A stretch of 64,000 bases of DNA from the NCBI GenBank assembly GCA_030704615.1, contig CM060734.1, forward strand, positions 43,772,001 through 43,836,000, in the 5' to 3' direction. Position numbers and translations under genes: made by a program. Origin of the DNA: Takakia lepidozioides (Eukaryota > Plantae > Bryophyta). Positions 1 through 11,693 of this stretch are shown piece after piece (positions within the stretch are counted from its first letter, which is position 1; every line of letters starts with the position of its first letter). The notes beneath the pieces are model-generated. The model was not told where the DNA came from. It did no database searches and was given only the letters and a program-made list of their open reading frames with translations.

Positions 1-910
1 TTGGCGGGATCAGCACGGATTGGCTGTGTGCTACAGGCAGGTGTACGAGTTCGACGTTACCTGTATGTGGAGAGGGATGAGACATGCACGACGCGTCTCA
101 CTGCGCCATGTGCTCAGATGGTGTAGCAGCACCCTGAGTTGTTGCCGGTGTCTGCAGTTCGTGGATATCAGCAGGCCTTGCCAGCAGACATTGCGTTGCT
201 GGGGGCGTAGGATTTGGAGCGGGTGGCTCCATTGATCTGGTAGTGGCAGGTTGGCCCGCCAAGGGCATTCATCAGCCGGGCATGGCAATGGATTGCGAGA
301 CTCGAGGACGGGTCTGTTTTGAGATGGTGCGGATTTTGCGCCACTTGCAGCCTTCATCAGGCTGTATCTCCGCATACATCTTGGAGAATGTGCCACTGAT
401 GGGTGATTCTCGGGCCAGGGTGATGGCCAGTGTGCATCAAGTCCGGTCGTGGCTTGGGTCAGCAGTGTTGCTGGATGCAGCTGCAGTGGATCACGGGCTC
501 ATCGTCCACGGCTTTGGTGGACTAACTTGATGCCACCCGCACTGCTCAAGCGTGCATTGATGGGTTGCAGCGCCCAGCACACCTCACCGTGGATGGCATT
601 TTGGACACAGGGAGGCAGTCTCACGTGTGAGACATAATGACCGTTCGCCGTGGCAGTGGTCAACAGGATGGGTCACCCACGAGCAGCATTACCTACATTG
701 CTCAGCTTCCCAGGCTCCCATGCTTTTCGGGATGGTGACTGGCCTCCTGTGGGATGCTCAGTTGCAGCAGTTAGTGGAGCCTATGCCGACGAGCGAGAGC
801 GGGCTATGGGGGTTTTCCCACTGGGACCACGGCGGTGCCTTCTCTTTCTGAGGCATCACGTCGTCAGGTGTTGGGGCAAGCCATGGATCTCAATTGCTTG
901 ACCTGGATGT
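1..910 (+). pseudogene. DNMT3-like C5 DNA cytosine methyltransferase domain (frameshifted)
   Basis: Read across frameshifts: motif I (F)GGIST(G)L..LQAGVRVRRYLYVERDE; motif IV IDLVVAGWP(C)QGHSSAG..RTGLF.EMVRIL; motif VI YILENV; motif VIII LDAAAV/GSRAHRPRLWWTNL; motifs IX-X ERERAMGFPTGTT..RRQVLGQAMDLNCL. These parallel DNMT3 FDGIATG, GGSPCN, ENV, AAHRARYFWGNL and EMERVFGFP..RQRLLGRSW. Confidence 0.88.
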
Positions 911-1289
911 CAGCTTGGCTATGGCTGAGCACGGAGTGCGGAGTACACTTCCCTTGACGGTCTCTCTGCCTACCGAGACGGTACAGGCAGCGAGTGGGGG
1001 CGAGCCGGTGAGGACCACGGGTGTAAACATCCATGGCACACGTGGGAGGTTGCTCGAGGTTCAGAGGGAGTTGGCAGCGAAGGCAGCTGTGATGGATCAG
1101 ATTGGGGATCTTCTCGGGATGAGGAGGTCTCAATGATGAGATGATGGGGCAGGATGAGGCCTTGTCATTGACTGAGCAGGAAGGGAGTACTGCTCAAGAG
1201 GTTGCAGCATAGCAACCACGGGACGCGTCCTCTACCTCTAAGCCCACTGGACTTAAGGTTGCAGTTACGGAGGACAATTGGGAGCCTGA

Positions 1290-4262
1290 CATTGGACCCA
1301 TTGTCACTGGAGAAGAGAGACGACGTATACGGCGGTTCCTGAGGGCTTACATGAATTGCTTTGCCTTCAGTTTGAAGGACTTGGGAGCACTGAAGGGTCA
1401 AGAGATCCGTATTGAGTTGGCCACTGACACGCCAATCTTTCGGAGACCCTATAGATACAGTGACATGGAGAGGTCTTTGATTCAGATGAGGACTCAAGAT
1501 CTCTGGGAGGCAGGTTTGGTGGAGCTCTCTGGTGGAGAGTATGCTTCAGCCACAGTGATGCCAGCTAAGAAGGATGTCTATGGCAATTGGACGGAGAGAC
1601 GTATGTGCGGTGATTACCGGCCTGTAAATCGTCAGACCAAGTCCGATAGGTTGCCATGCCGACACCAGAGGAGATCTTTGATGCCATTGGGCATGCCAAG
1701 GTCTTTAGCACGTTGGATTTACGATCCGGATATCACTCGTGCCGATCAAGGAGGCGGATAAGCAAAAGACGGCATTCTGGGGGATCAATGAGCACGGGAA
1801 GGATTGCCTATACCAGTGGCGGTTCTTACCATTTGGGCTTAAAAACGCTCCCGCTGAGTTTCAAAGAGTCATGGACAAGATTCTAGCAGGGGTGGAGTTT
1901 GCTCGGTGCTACATAGATGACATCATCATCTTTAGTGCTACGGTGGAGGGAGCAGAGAGACACCTTCAGGGGTATTTGAGCGCTTGAGGCGACGGATTGA
2001 AGTTACATCCGGGAAAGTGCAAGTTTTTCCACAACCAGATTGAGTATCTGGGTCACATGATATATCCTGGAGGATTGGGGGTACAGCAGACTAAGGTAGA
2101 GTCCATTGCACAGGTTCCACGCCCCACGGATGTGAGCCGAGTTCGAGCTTTCATGGGGTTAGCAAACTATTACACGGTTTGTTAAGGGATTTAGTGCCAT
2201 TGTAAAGGCTCTAACCAAGCTGACCAAGGTGGACCAGGAGTGGCAGTGGGAAGATGAGCAAGGAACAAGCTTTTCAAGAGCTCAAGGTGAGGTTGACCTG
2301 GCGCCCATCTTGAGACGACCTATCAGGGGGCGTCCTTTTCAGCTGCATACAGATTGGAGCATGCTGGGGCTTGGAGCGGTGCTCACACAGGTGGATGATG
2401 AGGAAAGAGAGTTCGTAGTGGCTTATGCTAGCCACTCGAACAATGCTGCAGAGTCTAAGTATAACTCATATGAGGGAGAATGCTTAGCTGCATGTGTGGG
2501 CCGTGGCACACTTCAGGTGCTATCTATACGGCAATCTCTTCACCCTTGTCACGGATCACCAACCACTCAAGTGGTTGATGGAGTCAGACAAGCTTACGGG
2601 GAAGCTTGCACGGTGGGCACTCATCCTTCAAGAATATGACTTTCAGGTGGTGCATCGACCGGGTTTGGTCAATTGCAATGCAGATGGGTTGAGTCGCAAT
2701 CCATGCACGAGCCAACAGGATGACACTGGAGCTCGGTGGCATGGTGAGACGGACGAGGAGATGGTGTCGGGATGGCATGCATCTGCATTTCTGTGTATCT
2801 TGGCAGCGGAAGGCCAGGTTGGATCTGCAACAGGGATGACTGTAGATCAAGTGTCTGCGGACCCTGAGGCCAGCAATGAGCAAGGTGGGCGCCAAAGATA
2901 TACATGAGGATTCAGTTGTGTTGGACTACCTCCGCACTGGAGTCACGGCAGCCACTGTGACTGCCAAGGAGAGGGATCGGATCCTACAACGAGCCAAGAG
3001 GTTCAAGTGGGAGGGGACACACCTGCTCCGAGTGTGGGAGGATGGTCGAGTGAGGATTGTGCCTCACCCAATACAGCGGGCACGGTTAGTGCGCCATGCC
3101 CATGAGGAGTTGGGGCATTTTGGGGTGCGACGCACTCATAGTCTACTGCAGGGGCAGTATTGGTGGCGTGGTATGCACACAGAGGTGCAACAATTTGTGG
3201 CTAGGTGCATGGTGTGTGACAGGGTGCGTGCTTCATTCAATGCCCCTACTCCACAATTGCACCCTCTTCCGATCATGGGATTGGGCTACAGGTGGAGTCT
3301 TGACTTCGCAGGGCCGTTGCCACTGACCATGCGCCACAACAAGTACGTGTTGGTGATGGTGGAGCACTTCTCCAAGTGGATCGAATTGGTTCCATTGCCT
3401 GATAAGGCTAGTGAGGGAGCTGCGTATGCGTTCCTGGATTGTGTGCTTAGCCGATTCGGTGCTCCAGCTCAGGTACTCACGGACCAAGGGAGAGAGTTCT
3501 TGGGGGAGTTTTCAGGCTTTGTGTGACAAGGCCTTGATAGACCACCCCGCACCACTTCTCGGGATCATCTTGAGGCCGATGGCTTGGCAGAGAGAGTTGT
3601 TCAGACAGTGAAGAGGGGTTTGCGCAAGTATGGCTTGCAGAAGGGACACCTAGGAGATTGGGACCTTCAGTTACCCTGGTTAGCCATGGGCTACAGGTTC
3701 AGCAAGCAAGCATCACTTGCCTCCTTCTCACCATACTTTCTTCTCTTTGGCCGAGAGCCGGATTTGCCTACATCCATTCGCAGAGAAGCTGCTACAGTTC
3801 TTAACCTTGACGATCCGGACGTGTGGGCACGTGCATGTGAGTAGCGTGCAGAGTTGTTCAAGAGAGTCATGCCCATGGCTTTCGAGAACCTGCCACCACA
3901 AACATACGTTGGGTATGCTACCATACGTGGTGGGGGCTATCGTCCTGGGTTCGGATCAACCCTGGTGACCTGGTGACTATGCTATCTGCAGCAGACTGCT
4001 CCTACAACCCTGGATGTGACTGCAGGACGTGTTATTTTAAGGGTTCGAGAGGTCTTGCCCTCAGGCGTCTTGGTCTTGGAGGGTCGGGATGGCATAACTT
4101 GGAAGGACCATGTGCGTAATTGTGCGCCATGTCACCTTCCGAATGTCGATGGCAGGATTGACCCAAACCTGGCAGTGGTATCTACAAGTTTGAGGTGCAT
4201 GTTGTGTGGGTCTGCTAAAGGGGCAGCCACCATGCTGGTGTGTGATCGATGCTCTAAAGGTT
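1290..4262 (+). pseudogene. Gypsy pol: reverse transcriptase, RNase H, integrase, truncated PHD finger
   Basis: RT: RMCGDYRPVN, LDLRSGYH, LPFGLKNAPAEFQ, YIDDII. RNaseH: LHTDWS, YEGECLA, TDHQPL. Integrase: HEELGHFG..CMVC, SLDFAGP, TDQGREF, AERVVQTVK. C-terminus: CMLCGSAKGAATMLVCDRCSKG. Confidence 0.93.
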
Positions 4263-4493
4263 AACAAGCAACGCAAGGCCCAGCTACTAGGAGACCTTGA
4301 ACACACGAGATCCTGGCTCAAGTTCACAGATTGCAAGACGGCGACTAACGATGGGGCTACTCTTGTACGGCCCCTTGGTCTATAGAGTTTGAGTACAATA
4401 GGAACAGTGATAGAGGACTTAGTACGGCTGTGGCTATTACATCTTGTAGCTATCTGGAGGTAGAGGGACCTATCCACCAGCTAGGGGGGCGAT

Positions 4494-5013
4494 TGTGGTA
4501 CTACTTTATTGTGCATATATGTGTGGTGTGGTTTGACAGCGATGTAGTTGTGTAGCGATATGTATGCGCACGACAGCTGTCAAGTTAAATAAGCACAGTG
4601 TGAAAACAGCTAGAATAAAACTAGTTATTTGTATTAACACTTGGATTTAGGTCAAGTGTTAATCAGGTGTCAAGTTTAGTTTGACACCTGGTCCGTCTTA
4701 TCTTCACGAGAGCGGCAGTCGCGCAGCTCATCTCTCTCAAGTTGAGCCTGCGCGACCGAGCTCCTGCGTGCGTTCAGATCTGAGTGTACTCATGATGGGA
4801 GTGTAGGTTGTTGTGGGGTGGAGTCCCCATAGCTTGGGGTGCCCCTGGCTCGACTACTATTTCAAAGAGTGATGATGGTTTTGGTTTTCAGGTTTTGTGT
4901 CAACAGTGTTTTCTAGTTTTCTTATCATTGTGGTAGACTACTGTATTGTGCATATATGTGTGGTGTGGTTTGGACAGCGATGTAGTTGTGTAGCGATATG
5001 TATGCGCACGACA
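4494..5013 (+). repeat. 3' LTR of the DNMT-Gypsy, with ~82-bp direct repeats at both ends
   Basis: Begins TGTGGTA after the PPT and ends GCACGACA; 4494-4575 is repeated at 4929-5013. Confidence 0.8.
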
Positions 5014-6310
5014 AGGGTGTTCACTAATTTTGCTTGCAAGCGCTTACAGCAAGTTGTACAGTTTAAACTTCCAGACACGGTGGGACCACATTGTATGCCA
5101 CACAGGATTCCACTTAAAGTTCGGCCGTTAAAACACCTAAGGGGGGACGAGGATTCTGATACTACTGTTTCTTCCGAGGACTCTTTTGACATGGCAGAGG
5201 ATTATGCACTTCAGATGGCAGAGAAGAAACGACGGGGATCTCCTATGCCTGAGAGGTTACCTCGTTATCAGCCAAAGGAGGGTCAGACATTTCCAGGTAG
5301 TGCTCAATCATCTCCATCAGCCAGTGACAGGACTCGGGCTCACACACGGAGTCCTTCACGAGACTCTCACCGTCAGAAGGGTGCTCGCTCACAAAGGTTT
5401 CCTAATCCCAAACAGTAAACCTTGAGGACACGGCTTTTTGAGAAGGGGAGGGGTAATGTTAGAGGGCTGCTTGGGACTTAGACGCTTTTACGGGTTCTGT
5501 GGGGTACCCTTAATTTTTGCGCAGACTGAGACCAACATGAGCCTTAGGGGTGGCAGCAGTAGGCTTTAGGGGGGTCACACAGCCCGACACAGCTTCGCAC
5601 AGCTTTACACAGCCAGTCACAGCCCGCCACAGCTTCACACAGCCCGACACAGCCCGACACAGCTCGACACAGCTTGACATAGCCTGTCACAGTATATGGG
5701 GAATAGTTATCATTGACAGGGAACGACATCTGCAGAGGGAACGTGTTACTTCAGGGGTGACGGTTAGTTAGTTAGGTGGTTAGAACAGCTTGCGGGTAGA
5801 TTAGGAGAGCGGCAACGGGAAGGGGATCACTTCACGGGGAGCGCTTCTTGGTCATGCATGAGAGGAGATCAGGCGGAGAACAAGAACAAGCACACGGAGA
5901 AGGAGGAAAGATGGACAGTAGATGCTTGTTACATGCAAAGTTGTAGTGATACTGTAGGGCAGATTAGAGTCACCATGGCATTGGCCTGATACCTGATAAA
6001 TCATAATCTGATACTTATTCGATACAATCACACTATGTAGAGAGACATGAGTGAAGCTGTGGAATGAATGCATGATTAACTGGAACTTAGTAGATACTGA
6101 AGCAATCTGATGCTTCAGTATACATGGTAAGGTAAATTGATAACATGAAGGCAAGAGGGAATACAAATAGCAAGCACAACCATGATTCACTAGCTGCAGG
6201 TCATGACTGATTGTTCTGAGCGGGCTGAGTGCTTAGAGATATCCAACTCTTATATCTTGGAGTTTCCACCTCGGATAGCGAAGGGATGGGTGAGTAAAAG
6301 CCGTTCAACA
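5014..6310 (+). mobile_element. 3' end of a divergent family-A Gypsy: 3' ORF tail, PPT and LTR (5457-6310)
   Basis: VFTNFACKRLQQVVQFKLPD..HLRGDEDSDTTVSS is homologous to 18860-19255. PPT GAGAAGGGGAGGGG precedes TGTTAGAGG; the LTR ends AAAAGCCGTTCAACA. Confidence 0.88.
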
Positions 6311-6651
6311 CTCCCATGTGGGCAGTGGGTTATAAGTTGGGTTTTGATGGAATGGGGGGTGGGGAAGTGATTAGATAGATGTTGGTACAGGTGTGTGAGG
6401 GAAAGGGTGTTCCTTTGGAAATATAGTGCATATCTGTCTTGTGGGTCCATTGGCAATGGACAGATGATGTCATCAATAGAAGTGGGACCTGGGTTTGGGT
6501 GGATGTCACCACATCTTAGGAGTATGAGCTTGATACATGTGTATGTGTATGCGGTGTCGGGACAGGGGGGGTGATGGTAATAATGTCTGGATTTTAGGGG
6601 GTTTTGACGTCGGGTGCCGTGTGGGTGAATAGCGAGTGCAAAGGGATTCAA
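6311..6651 (-). pseudogene. ORF fragment with a 2A-like motif, probably from a non-LTR retrotransposon, cut by the LTR at 6310
   Basis: KLILLRCGDIHPNPGPT (GDIHPNPGP at 6484-6510). No endonuclease or RT is visible in the window. Confidence 0.45.
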
Positions 6652-7209
6652 AGTGGGTTCGGTAGGGTATTTTGGGATGGTGAGGGAAAAAGAGGTGTGG
6701 ATGGAATGTATGGATTGGAATGTGGGGGTTTGTAGAAGTGGAGCTAGTGGACAGGAAGTGTACGGGGCGGACGGTCACGACGCTATTAATTTGATGGGTC
6801 GATATGGAGGAGGGTCGAATATTTAGGGAATAGTATATAGAGTGTAAAAAGGGGGTTGCCTTAGATATGAGCATTGCTTTTGAAGACTATCGGGTGGAGG
6901 TCGGGCAAGCATCAAAGAGGTGGTGACAGAGAGGCACCGTGTGCAAGATTTTTGCGGAGTGGGGTGACATAGTTCCAGGCCTGGCGGGGGTTGATGAAAC
7001 TTTAGCAGTAGTGTGAGAGGTGATGGTATGTGGGCTAAAGGGTTCAGGGGTGAAATATGTGTCATGAGAACTTAGGGCAATATATTGAATGAGAGAGTGT
7101 GATATTCCATTGTAAGGGATTTTGGGGTATGGGTGTCTGGGGAACGGATGTAGTGAAATTTTTTGGACATATGTGTCACGGTATGAGAATTGTGCAATAA
7201 GGCAAGTAG

Positions 7210-7345
7210 GGGATGGATGATAATGTCTGGGACGATGACAAACAAAAGATGGATGGTATACGGCTGGGAGGCGATGCCAAACAGAAGATGGATGGTATAC
7301 GTCTGGGAGACGATGATAAATAGGATATGGATTGTATACGTCTGG
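7210..7345. repeat. 39-bp tandem repeat, about 3.5 units
   Basis: ATGGATGGTATAC-type cores at 7249, 7288 and 7327; the minus strand reads HRLP(D/A)VYHPS repeats. Confidence 0.75.
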
Positions 7346-10300
7346 AAGTTGAAGCATAACAAAATGGCGGTAATACATTTTGTGGTAATCAATGAAGAAG
7401 ATCACGGAGTAGAAATCTTTGTGTAAAATGTGGTAGAAGTCATTTGATATGATCATGGAGTAAAATCTTTGTGTAAATCATGTGGTAGAGTAACATGTAG
7501 GTGAAGATGTTTGAAATAGAGAGAGCCGGAATGCCCGAACAGCTGGGGGGGAGGAGATTGAAAGTGCAGAGTTGTCCTCGCTTGAACGAGAGTGATTGTT
7601 GGAGCTATGCTTCAGTTGACAAAGATTGAGAAGTCTTGTACCAGGGTAAGTGAATTGTGGTATCATGAGTGGCGACTGATAGAGGGCAACTTGCCCAAGG
7701 TAAGTGGTAGCATTCAACGACAGAGGAGAGGGAGGAAGTGATCTTAAGTGGCAGTGGGGTAGGTCTTGAGTCACAGCTCTGCGCCTGTAGGGTGTGTGTG
7801 GTAGATACTATGGGGTAGTTGGATGCCCTTTGAGGTCAGGGAGCCAGCTGGGGCAGAACAACAGTAAGTTAGAGAATGATGGCAGTTCAATGTACACAGT
7901 AGTGGATCTTGTGAACATAAGGGGGGAGGGGTGTCCAGGGTAGGGAAGAGGGTTGAGTGTGCTCCCTGGAAGTAAAAGGACAGTGAAGCGGTTGTGGCCG
8001 GGTGGGGGGCAGCATCTGCTGCCAACTCCAAAGCACTTGGGTGTTGTGGTTGGTAGCTACATCATGGAATCCAAGTCCACCTTCCAAGTGCTGGCACCAG
8101 CTGAGAGCGGTCAGCCAGTCCATCTCAATGTGCATCTTCTGAGTTGTGGCCAGCAAAGCCTCCATGGGGGCAGCCCACTCTGCGGCCTGGTTTTCCACTG
8201 TACTTGTGGTTGATCGCTTGGCAATGTCGTCAATGAGAGCACTTGCTGACTTTGCCTTCCTTTCAAAATCAGCTTGCCTCTACTGCAAACTTTCCAGCTT
8301 CTGTGCTAGTTCTGCCACCTGGGCAGCTTTTACTTCTTGTTGCTCAATCTGAGATTGGAATGTGACCAGCAGGCAGGTGATATTGTAGTGTGAATGCAGG
8401 GGAGTGACAGTGAAATTTTGCTTGGCATCAGGATCCGGCATTACTACAAAGGGAGTGCCCTGGTACTAATAACGGGAGGGAACTATCCATGCCTACAGGT
8501 AATTCCATGGGCACACTATGCTATTGCTCTGCCAGGACAAAATGTGGCTAAGTCATGAAATACGCCTTTTCATCCATAGGATGAATGGCTTTCATCGCTG
8601 GTGATTACCTTAGAAACGCGGGTCGAGGAAGCTTAGGGCTTGCTGGAGGGTAATCGTGCAGGGAACAGCTAGGTAATTTTGCTCAAGCCAGGAGAAGGGA
8701 GGCGGTGCAGTAATCGTTTTATGGCTTTGAAGAGAGGGAGTGCTGCAGGACGATTCATCAAGGGCAAGGGAAGTAATATCATTACTGACAGAAGTAATGA
8801 AGGCATAGAGGCGGTGCTTCCTGTGATTTGATCGCTGAAGGTGTAGGAGTTGCGGGGAAAGCAGCTCGGTGGAGGGGGCGGCAGTGCCGTCGTTACTCTC
8901 ATAACCACGATGACAAGGAGGATGAACTTGCAAGGGAAACAGCCTGCTGCCAGGAATAGGAAGGTGGGGTTGCCGACTTGATCAAAGGCTAGTTAAGATG
9001 ATGGAGCAGCTCCATCATGACGGGCATCTGCCAGAGGTAGGGTGTGCAAACTGATACCGCCGCCATTGCATTCATGTGCAATTATAGAAAGCTGCACTTG
9101 TGGAGAAGCAATTGCTGCCAGATCAAGGGCAGAGATGGGATTACTGACTTTACCACTTGTGAAATGGTGCAATCGCCAGAATGAGGGCATTGGCTTGTGG
9201 ACAGTGATACAGGTTATCTGTAAATAAAGAAGCAAAGAGTGAAATATGTAGAGCATGAAGCTTTCAGATAATGACTGTCTTCTTGTTATCACATCAGATC
9301 TTAGGGTAGATTAGCAGAGATGGTAGGATAGGGTAGTTAGTTGGCAAGCAACAAGGTTACTGCCATAGGTTGAAACAGAGCTGTCAAGACTCACGGAATG
9401 CTTGAATCGACGAAATATCTGAAGGTGGAGTGGCAGAGCAATGACAGGATCTGACATGCATAGATCTTTGTTTTTACAACGTGGCATTCAAACGACAAGA
9501 GGAGTTAGGGGAGCTGCTGACAGAGATGGTGAGGTGCCATTTCAGGCAGGCAATCCCACCGCTCAGCTGGAGTATAAGAGAGCTAAGTTCATAGATGCAA
9601 GGCCCCTCTCTGACTTAGGGATAGTTGCTATGGAATTTTGCTAGAGAGACTCTCAATAGAGATGAGGGAGATAGAAAAAGATTTTGGCAAATGGAATGGT
9701 GACTTCTGGAATTCATACCAGTCCTGGAGGTAGAGAGAAAGTGAGTAGGGTGGAAGTTGTGTGGAGTGCTGCAAGAAGTTGGGAAGTTAGCTCTCAAACA
9801 TAGGATGCTTCCTTTTTGGGTGTGACTTAGAAATCGTTTTGGGCAGATTTAGGACTTGCTCTTGATAGAAGGGAAAAGGATAGAGACATGTGATAGAGGA
9901 AAAAGGGTTTTTTGAAAATGAAATGGAGTGGTGGTCTGGTCTTCAAACCAGAATGGTGTAGAGAGGATAAGAGATGATGCATGTCAATTGGAATGGTGAT
10001 AGAAGGGCTGTCTGGTCCAATATGGGCACTTGCATCAGAAAAGGGAGATAAAACATTGGGAAGAAGAGAGATCCGCTCAGCAAAAGAATGATGAGAGGAG
10101 GGTCAGTTGAGAGATAAGGGAAAGACCATGAGTTGGATAGAAATATCAGACCTGCATTGTATGGTAGATACATGTTGCCTTGCACTTTCGGTGATTGCAT
10201 GACAACAAAGGGGGTTCAATGTAGATGCTACATGCAAATGGTGAACTCATAGGCTGTCATTAACCCACTGGTAAGCTGTTTGAGTGACTATATCAGCATG

Positions 10301-10538
10301 AAAACTAAGCTGGTGCAAGACAGAACCCTAGTCAGGCCTGTTGCACTATGCAGGAAACACCTTCACTTGTCCCATCCATGTCTTCTCTTCCGCTGCGGCG
10401 TGGATGAGGGCTTCATGAACTCTGATCATAAACAACATGGATGTAGCCAACCTGTGTGGGAGAACCAGGATAACAACAAGACCTTGCACTAAGAACTAGA
10501 TTAGGATTAGACAGAAGGGGATATATGCCCCCTTCTTT

Positions 10539-11693
10539 TCACACTACAATATTGCTATAAGAACGGAGCCAAGGTAGCGGAGTGGCGAGTTGCTGCCGAT
10601 GTGAATGACCATTTGAGTGGAAGTCGTGATGGAGTTTAAGACCTAGAACATAGAGTGTATCAGTACCTCCCTCCACGCAATCTTTGGGATGGGGGGCAGA
10701 GCTTCGCCACTTCAGGATGCGGAAACTCCAGGAGGTAGGGTGGGAATTGGGTCTCCATGGTGCGACGTCTGTACAGCTCCAAATGAAGGTAGCGCCAAGC
10801 TCGGTGTAAGTCCCCCGAAACTTATATAGAGCCACTTGCATGGAACAAGATTCTTCGGGCTGGGGCTCATCATTTAACCACTGTTGAGCAATAGTTTGCA
10901 GTGCCCCATCACAAAACTGAGGCCCATTTTGTGAACCTCCCGCATTCTTATTCAATTCCAGATCTGTAAGTGAGGAAGAAATGACATGTTGGAGAGGTTG
11001 GCTGCGGGCTTTATGATGTGCCATGCCATACCAGAAACCCTTGACAGTGCATATGTGACGGGAAATGATCAGAGGACATAAACCAGCATAACTTAGACAT
11101 AAACCAACATGGAGGGCATAAGTTGCTGGGACGTACACTCGTGGAGTGAGAGATTTCATTATACATGTAGCAAGCATATAAAGCAGCAGATTGCATCTGA
11201 AGTAAGGGGGAGAGGTAGCCATAGTGTCAAACACTCCCTTTGCATCCTCGATGCACCCACATTTTGCATACATGTCCGCCAGGGTGTTGTTCAGAATGAC
11301 AGTTGGTACAGTTCCAGCTCTGAAGATGTCGCCATGGACCTCTTTGCCCTTTTCCAGATCCGCCAGGGCAGTGTGTAGAATGAACTGCCATCTGGAGTGT
11401 GTATTGCTGGTATTGTACTCCGGGGTGAGGAGGGGCTGGGGTAGAGTGAGATCTCCCGGGTTGTAATGGTTGTCGTGTGGCCATTGCCATGTTGCAAACA
11501 TAATCCATGCCGTGATGAGGCTGGCCTGAGCAGCAGTAAAGTTGCCACCAGATGCTGTAATGTTGGTGACTTGGCCATGGCTGGCCCTGATGGTGAGAGA
11601 CTGTTGGCAAGGGTGCTGCTGCTGCATCATAACGTTGCAATCCGGCACTCTTGGAATGATACTAGGGTATGCTTCGTGGAAGGAGAGATACAT
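10539..11693 (-). CDS. 384-aa ORF of unknown function containing an in-frame PPR fragment (~11220-11370)
   Basis: LADLEKGKEVHGDIFRAGTVPTVILNNTLADMYAKCGCIEDAKGVFDTMA is closely similar to the PPR repeats at 55500-56600; the flanking parts are unrecognised. Confidence 0.45.
   Translation of the reverse strand: MYLSFHEAYPSIIPRVPDCNVMMQQQHPCQQSLTIRASHGQVTNITASGGNFTAAQASLITAWIMFATWQWPHDNHYNPGDLTLPQPLLTPEYNTSNTHSRWQFILHTALADLEKGKEVHGDIFRAGTVPTVILNNTLADMYAKCGCIEDAKGVFDTMATSPPYFRCNLLLYMLATCIMKSLTPRVYVPATYALHVGLCLSYAGLCPLIISRHICTVKGFWYGMAHHKARSQPLQHVISSSLTDLELNKNAGGSQNGPQFCDGALQTIAQQWLNDEPQPEESCSMQVALYKFRGTYTELGATFIWSCTDVAPWRPNSHPTSWSFRILKWRSSAPHPKDCVEGGTDTLYVLGLKLHHDFHSNGHSHRQQLATPLPWLRSYSNIVV

Larger units (their letters stand above)
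1..5013 (+). mobile_element. Ty3/Gypsy LTR retrotransposon carrying a DNMT3-like methyltransferase (5' part outside window)
   Basis: Domains in order C5-MTase, RT, RNaseH, integrase, PHD, then a purine tract AGGGGGGCGA (4483-4492) and a TG..CA LTR (4494-5013). The LTR end abuts the 3' ORF of a family-A element. Confidence 0.9.
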
